Assembly (NCBI GenBank): GCA_963810935.1 | Contig: CAWEPK010000010.1 | Location: 1 to 64,000 of the forward strand | DNA: 64,000 nucleotides | Reading direction: 5' to 3' | Origin: an uncultured delta proteobacterium | GTDB taxonomy: Bacteria; Desulfobacterota; Syntrophorhabdia; Syntrophorhabdales; WCHB1-27 | In this document: one piece after another, positions 31,780 to 40,000 of the stretch | Layout: each line of letters begins with the position of its first letter | Position numbering within the stretch: the stretch's first letter is position 1 | The notes under the pieces: model-generated | Told to the model about the DNA's origin: nothing | The model's database searches: none | Seen by the model: the letters and a program-made list of their open reading frames with translations, nothing else | Translations under genes and position numbers: made by a program

Positions 31780-31895
31780 TTCTCCCACCTCCTCGCGATA
31801 AGCCACGTTCCGATCAAGGTCATAAGGAAAGTACCAAGAATTAATAAACCCCAGACGATCCAGGCGGTGGAAGGATCAACGCTTGTAGGCTGCAT
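31776..31895 (-). CDS. 39-aa single-TM protein, likely symporter accessory peptide
   Basis: AAGGAGGT RBS; MQPTSVDPSTAWIVWGLLILGTFLMTLIGTWLIARRWEK; ATGA overlap with the symporter start. Confidence 0.75.
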   Translation of the reverse strand: MQPTSVDPSTAWIVWGLLILGTFLMTLIGTWLIARRWEK

Positions 31896-32250
31896 GCGAC
31901 CTCCTTACTTTCGATTTTAGATAAACCTGGCGGGGAGTTTACGTGTAGACCTATCACCTCCTTATTTCAAGGATATTCACGGAACTTGCAAGACGCGGTG
32001 AGATGTAGCGACAATACGAGCTTTATGGCGGACTCCCCTATCCCCCTGTACACTGTATCAACTTAAACAATAAATCAATAAAAATGGGTAAGTCAAGAAG
32101 AATTTTGCGCGGCGGGTATTTTCGCGGGTAATTGCCCGAGCATTCGGGACAACAGGATGGAACAAGCCCGAATGCGGCTAAACCGCACGCAAAGGGGCGG
32201 GATCTATACAGCCCTTTTGCGTGCGATAAAGCCTGATTCCATGGAAAAAC

Positions 32251-32979
32251 TTATTCTTTCACGGGGGGCTGCATGGTCTGGGACTCGCCTGCGCCCATGG
32301 GCCGCTCCATCGTATCGGGCGGCATCCCCTCGCCCATCATCTTATGGCCGCCCGTCCCCGGGCCCATGCCCATGCCGCCGCGGCCCACCGTACCCTGGCT
32401 CATGCAGCCGCATCCTCCGCCTTTTTCCTCATGCCGGTCCATCTTTTTCCAGCCCGTCTTGTGGTGGAGCATAATCAGGAAATCGAGCTTCTCTATCTGC
32501 TCGGGCGTCAGTATTGACCTCCATTCTATCAGGGCCATCGTCCGCCTGTCCGCAATCTGCTGCTTCAGGGCGCTCATCTCTTTTTCGCGGGCAATGAGCG
32601 TTGCTGCGTCCACCTTCGGGTCGGTAAAGAGCTTCTCCATCTCGACCCGCTTTGCCATGATGTCATACCTCAAGTTGTGGGTCTCCATGAAGTAGCGGCG
32701 CCATACCTCGCGGCTTTTCGCTACCTGCTCCTTCGACAGGTTAAGGAAATGGGCCATGCGGGCCATCTTCCCGTGATGGAACTGGCCTTTCCATTCGGGC
32801 GCAGCCTGCTGCCCGGCCGGGGCCGTACCTTTAGCAGCCGGCGGGTCGGCGGGGTCCGTGTCAGCCACCAGCATAATTATCTCTTCATCGCCTACTGCCG
32901 CCTCTTGCGCAAGCAGAGGGGCGGTCAGGAAAAGAACAAAGATTGCTGTGCACGCCAGAGCCAGATATCCCCTCTTCAT
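32251..32979 (-). CDS. Spy/CpxP/ZraP-family periplasmic protein
   Basis: Signal peptide; LNLSKEQ and ILTPEQ (LTxxQ) motifs; Gly/Met/His-rich tail. Confidence 0.75.
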   Translation of the reverse strand: MKRGYLALACTAIFVLFLTAPLLAQEAAVGDEEIIMLVADTDPADPPAAKGTAPAGQQAAPEWKGQFHHGKMARMAHFLNLSKEQVAKSREVWRRYFMETHNLRYDIMAKRVEMEKLFTDPKVDAATLIAREKEMSALKQQIADRRTMALIEWRSILTPEQIEKLDFLIMLHHKTGWKKMDRHEEKGGGCGCMSQGTVGRGGMGMGPGTGGHKMMGEGMPPDTMERPMGAGESQTMQPPVKE

Positions 32980-33149
32980 ACCAACCTCCTGTGATGGGTT
33001 TTTTGTTCGATCTTATTTATATGATACACCTCTTGCCTGCCTGACGAAACTTAATAACGCATTGCGACTCAGACAAGGGAGAGGCATTAGGAAGGGGCCG
33101 GCCGTAGATGCCCGTTGACACAGCCTCTCGCCGGAAGCATCATATCCTC

Positions 33150-33830
33150 ATGCTCGACCTGTTGGGACCGTTCCTGTTCGGGCTGGCCGGCAGCGCCCAC
33201 TGCCTCGGCATGTGCGGCCCCATCATAGTGGCCTACGCTATCCATATTGGCCCTCCCGCATCTTCAGGCACGTCCCGGCTTGTGCTGCCCGCAGGCGCGC
33301 TGTTGCACCTCGCCTTCCATGCGGGCCGCCTTTTCACCTATGGCCTTTTAGGCGCAACGGCGGCGGCCCTCGCCGGGACCGGTGCCGTTTCCGGCCTGAG
33401 GGCCCCCATTTCTGCCGGCGCAGGGGCGATCATGGTCCTTTTGGGCGCCGGGCTGGCAGTCGGCCCGTCTTTTCATCTCATCCCTCATTCCGGATCGGGC
33501 GGGGCCACGGCTGCTGCGGCTAAGCGCCTCTCCCCGCTTTTCTCATCGGGCCGCCTGGCGTCAAAGCTGGCCCTTGGGTGCGCCGCAGGCTTCCTACCGT
33601 GCATGTTTTCGGCTGCCATGGTCATCAAGGCGGCCTCGACCGGGAGGCCGGCTTCCGGGCTTTTTACCATGCTCTCCTTCGGCATGGGCACCGTCCCCGC
33701 CCTGTTCGTTACCGGTCTTTCGACGTCGCTTTTTACTTATAGGGTAAGGCTCGCGGGCAAGCGCGCGGCCGCACTGATGTTGGCCGTGATGGGCTTGTTT
33801 CTCCTGTATAAGGGGGTCGCGGCGCACTAA
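33150..33830 (+). CDS. Sulfite exporter TauE/SafE-like (DsbD_2) membrane protein
   Basis: GSAHCLGMCGP, HAGRLFTY, GFLPC, FGMGTVP. Confidence 0.85.
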   Translation: MLDLLGPFLFGLAGSAHCLGMCGPIIVAYAIHIGPPASSGTSRLVLPAGALLHLAFHAGRLFTYGLLGATAAALAGTGAVSGLRAPISAGAGAIMVLLGAGLAVGPSFHLIPHSGSGGATAAAAKRLSPLFSSGRLASKLALGCAAGFLPCMFSAAMVIKAASTGRPASGLFTMLSFGMGTVPALFVTGLSTSLFTYRVRLAGKRAAALMLAVMGLFLLYKGVAAH

Positions 33831-33864
33831 CTAAGGCCCAAAAAAGGAGACTCCCGGCCGGCCT

Positions 33865-34998
33865 CTACGCCTCGGTCGGCTCCATGTCCATCTTGATCGC
33901 AAGGAACTTCAGGAGGTCGCGCAGGGCGAGGATGCCCACGAGCTTGCCCCGGTCTATGACCATAAGGCGGCTGGTGCCCGCCCTGTTCATCTTCTCAATC
34001 GCCTGGGTGGCGTCGGCTTCCGGATCAATGGTATTGCCTTCCGTGCAGGTCTCTGCGATCTCCTTCACCGTGTGGCTGCCCCATTCTCCACGCGGCACTT
34101 CTTTGAGTTGGTTGATCGTGACCACGCCCATGAGCTTCTCGCGGTCCACGACGGGGAACATCTTGTAGTGATAGCGGTAAATGTAATCTTCCATGAGCTG
34201 CGCCAGGGTCACGGAGGGATTGACCGTGATCAACTCGGGCTTCATGAAGCGCTTTACGTGCTCCCCCTGGAGCGCCCGCTTGACGAGCAACTGGCGATAC
34301 GAGGCCTGCGAGGCGTTACGCAGGAACATGCCGATGAGGAACCACCATATGCCGCTGATAATGCTCGAATAAATGAAGGAGACGATCCCCATTATCATCA
34401 TCGCCGCGCCGAAGCCCTCGCCGATTTTGGAGGCTATGCGCGTGGCCCACTGGAGCTGCCCCTTCGCCCGCCAGAGGATCGACCGGAGCACCCTTCCGCC
34501 GTCCAGCGGGAAGGCAGGCAGCAGGTTGAAGATACCCAGAAGGACGTTAAGGTAGGCAAGGTAAAGCAGGACGGCCGTATATGGCGGCGGCACGTACGAT
34601 GCGGCTGAAAGCGCGACCAGGTAGAAAATGCCGGCCAGGACGAAGCTCGATACAGGCCCGGCGACAGCCATAAAGAATTCCACGGTCGGGCTGTTCGGCT
34701 CTTCCGTCATCTGGGAGACCCCGCCGAAGATAAAGAGCGTGATGCCGCTGATCTTGAGGCCGTAACGGCGGGCTATCAGGGAGTGCCAGAACTCATGGAA
34801 AATTATCGACACGAAGAGCCCGAGCGCGCCGGCCACCCCCATCCACCAGTAGGTGCTTTTTTCCAGTCCTTTGTAATATGCCGGGAAAACACCGGAGGCC
34901 AGCGACCAGACGATCAAGAATGCTATGATGAGCCAGCTCGCGTCCGCGCTCACCGTAAAGCCGAATAGCCTGAAGAGCTTTATCTGTCGGCCGAACAT
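33865..34998 (-). CDS. Site-2 protease (M50) with CBS pair
   Basis: HEFWH, LFIFGG, AGP, NLLPAFPLDGGR, C-terminal CBS domains. Confidence 0.92.
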   Translation of the reverse strand: MFGRQIKLFRLFGFTVSADASWLIIAFLIVWSLASGVFPAYYKGLEKSTYWWMGVAGALGLFVSIIFHEFWHSLIARRYGLKISGITLFIFGGVSQMTEEPNSPTVEFFMAVAGPVSSFVLAGIFYLVALSAASYVPPPYTAVLLYLAYLNVLLGIFNLLPAFPLDGGRVLRSILWRAKGQLQWATRIASKIGEGFGAAMMIMGIVSFIYSSIISGIWWFLIGMFLRNASQASYRQLLVKRALQGEHVKRFMKPELITVNPSVTLAQLMEDYIYRYHYKMFPVVDREKLMGVVTINQLKEVPRGEWGSHTVKEIAETCTEGNTIDPEADATQAIEKMNRAGTSRLMVIDRGKLVGILALRDLLKFLAIKMDMEPTEA

Positions 34999-35577
34999 AT
35001 TGTATAGCCTCCTTGAGCGGGTCCTTCGAGGCAAACCGCTTTTTAAGCTTATATGCATATATATAATGCCGGGAAGACCCAAAGAAAAGCATGTTTACCG
35101 CCCTGCCCTTCAAGGACCCGCGGCAGCGGACGGTGGAAAGAAGAGAGGTATTCGTAACTGCTCTTTAATGAAAGCAGACCGTGACGAAACCGGAAACAGC
35201 CGGCTCGTACCCGTCTGTATACAAACGGACCGCAAGGCCCTTTCTTCTTTACATTTTTTTTGTCTTGACAATCCGGAGCGCCTTGTGCATATTATCACAA
35301 GGGCTTTACAGCATAAATGTTTCAGTGTAGGATGTGGTGTGGTCGTTGGGGTGGAACGGGGGTACATGCGGCCGGCAAGCTCGAGGTATATTATCTCCAT
35401 ACCGGTAAGCGAAGCGCCTGGCGGGCACACATCCGCCGGGTGTCCCTCAATCGAACTCCGATAGAACAGCATGAGCAGGCAGTCTATAGGTATTCCATCT
35501 CCTGAGACATCAGGCGAAGGACGGCCGGTAAGGATGCGCCGGGCAGGTTTGCGGAAAATCGAAACTCTGGAGGAGAA

Positions 35578-35985
35578 ATGGACAGAAAGCCAACGATCTT
35601 GCTTGTCGATGACGACATTGATTTTGTCGATCTGAACAAAGCCGTCCTGGAGAACCAGGGGTTCGCCGTCGTGCCCGCTTACTCCGGTAGAGAGGGGCTC
35701 GGCAAGGTGAGGTTCGAGCAGCCCGACCTTATCATTCTCGATCTGATAATGGAGAAGCACGATTCGGGCTTTACGTTCGCAAGGACCGTAAAGGCCGACC
35801 CTATCTATAAGAAAATCCCCATCCTCATGCTGACGGCCGTAGGGGGGACTACGGGATGTGAGTTCTCCCAGGAAGCCGACGGGTACTGGATGAAAACGGA
35901 TGATTACGCCTGCAAGCCGCTCGAGCCGGAAGAACTGGTCCAGCGGGTAAAGAGCCTGCTCGCAAAAAGCAGGGGCGAGGCATAG
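35578..35985 (+). CDS. Single-domain response regulator
   Basis: LLVDDD, PDLIILDLIM, MLTAV, KP; GGAGG RBS. Confidence 0.9.
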   Translation: MDRKPTILLVDDDIDFVDLNKAVLENQGFAVVPAYSGREGLGKVRFEQPDLIILDLIMEKHDSGFTFARTVKADPIYKKIPILMLTAVGGTTGCEFSQEADGYWMKTDDYACKPLEPEELVQRVKSLLAKSRGEA

Positions 35986-36019
35986 GAAGGCACGAAAAGG
36001 CGGGCAAAGGCCCCGGCCG

Positions 36020-36853
36020 ATGAAAACGATGGACAGGAGTAAGCATAAACCCACCGTTGACGGTAAACAAAAACAAGCCGATAAGGGCAAAGCTGCGACC
36101 GGCCGGGTGAAGGTGCCCTACGTTGCAGTGGCAGCCCACGAGCTGCGCTCACCGCTCGCCGCTATTTACGGCTACCTTTCAGCGTATCTTTCCGGCGCCG
36201 CCGGGACAGACCCGAAAACGAACCGTAACATGCTTGAGCGGGCCAAAGTCAGGACGCGCACGCTCCTCGACCTCGTAGACGACCTTCTCCGGATAGAAAC
36301 GCTCAACTCCAAAAAAACAGCCGGGAAGGAGGCGGTGGAACTGGGCGGCGCGATCAGGAATGCGGTGGAGTTGATCCTGCCCCAGTGCGATGCCGGGAAC
36401 ATACGCGTCGAGATCGATATCGCCGGCCCCCTGCCCCCCGTTAAGGCCGACCGCGTGCAGATGGAGGAGCTTTTCACCAACCTCGTCTCGAACGCGGTCA
36501 AGTACAATGTAAGCAACGGCCGGGTGATAATACGGGCGAAACCGGTGCGGGGCTTCGTAGAAGTGCAGGTAACGGATACGGGCGTTGGCATGGACCGGGA
36601 AAGCCTGCGCCACGTATTCGAGCCGTTCTACAGGGTATCGGACCCGCAGACGCGGCGGGTGCCCGGGACCGGGTTGGGCCTCTCCATCGTCAAGAAGATC
36701 GTGGAGTCCCATTCCGGCCGGATAACAATCAAGAGCGAGCCGGGCAAGGGTACAACCGTAATCGTAAAGCTTCCCATGAAAGATCATGACAGGCATGACC
36801 CCGAATCGGGGAGAAAGTCAAAAAAGGAGAAAATATGGCCAAAAGAGCGCTAG
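36020..36853 (+). CDS. Histidine kinase (HisKA + HATPase only)
   Basis: HELRSPL, NLVSNAVKY, DTGVGM, FEPF, GTGLGL. Confidence 0.9.
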   Translation: MKTMDRSKHKPTVDGKQKQADKGKAATGRVKVPYVAVAAHELRSPLAAIYGYLSAYLSGAAGTDPKTNRNMLERAKVRTRTLLDLVDDLLRIETLNSKKTAGKEAVELGGAIRNAVELILPQCDAGNIRVEIDIAGPLPPVKADRVQMEELFTNLVSNAVKYNVSNGRVIIRAKPVRGFVEVQVTDTGVGMDRESLRHVFEPFYRVSDPQTRRVPGTGLGLSIVKKIVESHSGRITIKSEPGKGTTVIVKLPMKDHDRHDPESGRKSKKEKIWPKER

Positions 36854-39111
36854 ATGTGAGCAAAGAGCAAAGACATAACGAGATTGTCGAGAAACGGCAG
36901 CTTGCGCCCTCCCTCGTCATGTGGAAGCTCTACGTCCCGGATATAGCCAAGCGCGTCAAGCCAGGCCAGTTCGTGGTGTTGAGAGCCGATGACACGGGCG
37001 AGCGGATACCGCTCACGGTAGCCGATTTCGACCGTGAGAAGGGGCAGATAACGGTCATCTTCCAGGAGGTGGGCGCTTCCACGAAGAAGCTTTCCCGGCT
37101 GGACGCAGGCGGTATAGTCCTCGACGTCGTGGGACCGCTGGGCAAGGCAAGCCATATAGAGAAGTTCGGGACGGTAGTCTGCGTAGGCGGCGGCGTCGGC
37201 GTAGCGCCTGTCTATCCGATAGCCAAGGCGCTTTACCAGGCCGGCAACAAAATCTTCTCGATTATAGGCGCAAGGAACAAGGAGATGCTCATCCTCGAAG
37301 ACGAGATGAGGGCGGTCAGCAACGAGCTGCTGGTCACTACCGACGACGGCTCGTACGGCCGTCACGGCTTCGTTACCGACGAGCTGACGCGGCTCATCCA
37401 GGAAGGAAATCAAATCGATCTCGTCCTCGCTATAGGCCCGGTCGTCATGATGAGGGCGGTAGCCGAAGTAACGAGGCCCTACAACCTCAAGACCGTCGTA
37501 AGCCTCAACTCGATCATGATCGACGGCACGGGCATGTGCGGTGGGTGCCGGACGACCGTCGGGGACGATACGAAATTCGTCTGCGTGGACGGCCCGGAGT
37601 TCGATGCGCACAAGGTGAACTTCAAGGAGCTGATGCAGCGCCAGCAGATGTACGGGAGGGAAGAACGGCGCGCCATGTGGGACCACCAGTGCAAGCTGGA
37701 GGCCCAGGTGGCGGTGAAAAAAAGCAAGAGGCGGGAGAGGATGCCGGAGCAGGAACCGAAGCTCAGGATCCAGAACTTCAACGAGGTGGCGCTGGGATAC
37801 ACGCGCGAAAACGCGCTCCGGGAGGCTGCGCGCTGCTTGACATGCAAGAAACCCGCCTGTGTCGAGGGGTGCCCTGTGGCAGTCCAGATACCCGAATTCA
37901 TAGGCAAGATGAAGGAAGGCGACTTCATGGCCGCTATCCGCATAATAAAGGAGACAAACAGCTTGCCTGCTGTCTGCGGCCGCGTCTGTCCCCAGGAGTC
38001 GCAGTGTGAGAGCAAGTGTATACTGGGCAAGAAGGGTGACCCGATTGCGGTCGGCCGGCTCGAAAGGTACGCGGCCGACTACGAGCTTGCCGCAGGCGAT
38101 GTAAGGGTGCCCCCTAAGCCTAAGCCCACCGGCAAACGCGTGGCCGTCATAGGCGGCGGGCCTGCCGGGCTTACCGTTGCAGGCGAGCTCTCCAAGAAAG
38201 GACATGAAGTGACGGTCTTCGAGGCGCTCCATAAGGCGGGAGGCGTCCTCGTTTACGGCATCCCCGAATTCCGTTTGCCTAAGGCCATCGTCCAGCGCGA
38301 GGTCGATTACGTGCAGAAGCTGGGCGCGGAGATGAAGCCGAACACCATCATAGGTCAGACTGCGACGGTGGACGAGTTGTTCGCCGAGGGCTACGACGCC
38401 ATCTTCATCGGCACCGGCGCCGGACTCCCCTACTTCCTCAACATACCGGGCGAGAACCTGAACGGCGTTTACTCGGCAAACGAGTTCCTCACGCGCGCCA
38501 ACCTGATGAAGGCATACCTGTTCCCCGAATATGACACGCCGATAAGAATGGCCAGGAAGGTCGCGGTCGTCGGCGGCGGCAACGTGGCAATGGACTCGGC
38601 CAGGGTGGCAAAGAGGCTGGGCGCAGACCACGTCTACCTCGTCTACCGGAGGTCGCGCGCCGAGATGCCCGCCAGGGCGGAGGAGGCCCACCACGCCGAA
38701 GAGGAAGGCATCGATTTCAGGATGCTGACCAACCCCATAAGGATAGTCGGGGACGACAAGAACTGGGTCAAGGGGATAGAGTGCGTTAAGATGGACCTGG
38801 GCGAGCCGGACGCCTCCGGCAGGCGCAGACCAGTCGAGATAAAGGGGTCCGAGCACATCATTGACGTAGAGGTGGTCGTCGTCGCCATCGGCCAGGGACC
38901 GAACCCGATACTTACCCAGAGTACAGAAGGCCTGGCGCTCCGGCGGTCGGGCAACATCGAGGCCGACCCGGAGACGGGCAAGACGAGCCGCAAGGGCGTA
39001 TTTGCCGGTGGAGACATCGTGACCGGCGCAGCGACGGTTATTCTGGCGATGGGTGCCGGGCGGAAGGCGGCGGCGGCGATAGACGAGTACCTGAAAACCG
39101 GCCAATGGTAA
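36835..39111 (+). CDS. nfnAB: Fused NfnA-NfnB electron-bifurcating transhydrogenase (SudB/GltD-like)
   Basis: ERIPLT, GPLG, DGTGMCGGCR, CVDGPEF, followed by EAARCLTC, CGRVCPQE, GGGPAGL, YGIPEFRLP, GGGNVAMD. Confidence 0.88.
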   Translation: MAKRALDVSKEQRHNEIVEKRQLAPSLVMWKLYVPDIAKRVKPGQFVVLRADDTGERIPLTVADFDREKGQITVIFQEVGASTKKLSRLDAGGIVLDVVGPLGKASHIEKFGTVVCVGGGVGVAPVYPIAKALYQAGNKIFSIIGARNKEMLILEDEMRAVSNELLVTTDDGSYGRHGFVTDELTRLIQEGNQIDLVLAIGPVVMMRAVAEVTRPYNLKTVVSLNSIMIDGTGMCGGCRTTVGDDTKFVCVDGPEFDAHKVNFKELMQRQQMYGREERRAMWDHQCKLEAQVAVKKSKRRERMPEQEPKLRIQNFNEVALGYTRENALREAARCLTCKKPACVEGCPVAVQIPEFIGKMKEGDFMAAIRIIKETNSLPAVCGRVCPQESQCESKCILGKKGDPIAVGRLERYAADYELAAGDVRVPPKPKPTGKRVAVIGGGPAGLTVAGELSKKGHEVTVFEALHKAGGVLVYGIPEFRLPKAIVQREVDYVQKLGAEMKPNTIIGQTATVDELFAEGYDAIFIGTGAGLPYFLNIPGENLNGVYSANEFLTRANLMKAYLFPEYDTPIRMARKVAVVGGGNVAMDSARVAKRLGADHVYLVYRRSRAEMPARAEEAHHAEEEGIDFRMLTNPIRIVGDDKNWVKGIECVKMDLGEPDASGRRRPVEIKGSEHIIDVEVVVVAIGQGPNPILTQSTEGLALRRSGNIEADPETGKTSRKGVFAGGDIVTGAATVILAMGAGRKAAAAIDEYLKTGQW

Positions 39112-39169
39112 GCAATAAATGAATGAGGGCAACGCGGCCGGGCATTACGCCTAGCCGCGTTGCGACAGT

Positions 39170-39203
39170 AAAAGGGCCTGCGGATTACTCCGCAGGCCCT
39201 TTC
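39170..39203. terminator. Bidirectional terminator between nfnAB and coxG
   Basis: AAAAGGGCCTGCGGA-TTAC-TCCGCAGGCCCTTT between convergent genes. Confidence 0.75.
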
Positions 39204-39225
39204 GTTTGTAAAGCTCAGTTCGCGG

Positions 39226-39678
39226 TTATACGATAGCCTTCAGCTTGGCCTGGAGGTTTTTGACGAACTCTTTCTCAACCTCAGTAGCCTTGCTTCTCAT
39301 TACCCTGTCACCGAACATGGCCAGCTTGCCGACCATATTCACGTCCATTTTGTAGGCGATCTCGACGTCTCCGCCGCCCAGCTCCTTCAGGTCCATCGTG
39401 ATCTTGTCCTTCATCTGGCCGAGCTTCGTCTTGTCGACAGCCTCTCCCTCCATCTCAAGGTGCGTGGGCGCCTCGACCTTCGTGAGCACCTGCCGGCCTG
39501 ACATCGTGACCTTGATGATGCCGACGCGCTGCTTCATGGTGACGTCATACGTCTTCTCGTCGATCTTGTCGATCTTCTCGGCGCCCGGCAGGCAGGCGGC
39601 TAGGGCTTCCACGTCAAAAAGTGTATCCCAAAGCTTCTGGATGGGTGCGTTCACCGTGAACTTTCCTTCTATGATCAT
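39226..39678 (-). CDS. coxG: CoxG/SRPBCC family protein
   Basis: F.V.AP...LW, LAACLPGAE, GKLAMFG. Confidence 0.85.
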   Translation of the reverse strand: MIIEGKFTVNAPIQKLWDTLFDVEALAACLPGAEKIDKIDEKTYDVTMKQRVGIIKVTMSGRQVLTKVEAPTHLEMEGEAVDKTKLGQMKDKITMDLKELGGGDVEIAYKMDVNMVGKLAMFGDRVMRSKATEVEKEFVKNLQAKLKAIV

Positions 39679-39718
39679 CTATCTATTCCTCCTGTCTTTC
39701 GGGCCGTGCGCCCGTTCG

Positions 39719-39985
39719 CTATTTCTTTCCCTTCTCAACCTCTTTCTTCTCGGCGTCCTTCTGGATGACTTCGCCGAGAAGGACGTAGCTGGCGTTTCCG
39801 GGCTTCGTGGCCTGCTCGATCATGAGATCGATGAACGACGTACCCTGAGGGGCAACAGCCTCATCGACCCATTTCCGGTGCGGCTGGTCGCCGGTGCCGA
39901 ACATGTGACGTGCACAATCTATAGCACTGCCCGTTTTTGCCTTCTTACCGCAGACGGGGCATAATATAGGACCGCTTACGCTCAT
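39719..39985 (-). CDS. Small hypothetical protein with CxxC...H...H zinc-finger-like motif
   Basis: CPVCGKK...CARHMFGTGDQPH; GGAGG RBS; lies inside the operon. Confidence 0.7.
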   Translation of the reverse strand: MSVSGPILCPVCGKKAKTGSAIDCARHMFGTGDQPHRKWVDEAVAPQGTSFIDLMIEQATKPGNASYVLLGEVIQKDAEKKEVEKGKK

Positions 39986-40000
39986 TGTATCCTCCTTTCG

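Noticed and set aside
35110..36090. 326-aa minus-strand ORF
   Set aside because: Mostly antisense to the response regulator, with no RBS or recognisable domain.
36850..39132. 760-aa antisense ORF, and similar long shadows such as 20962..22677 and 51233..52615
   Set aside because: They mirror well-supported genes; long antisense frames are expected in GC-rich coding DNA and these have no motifs.
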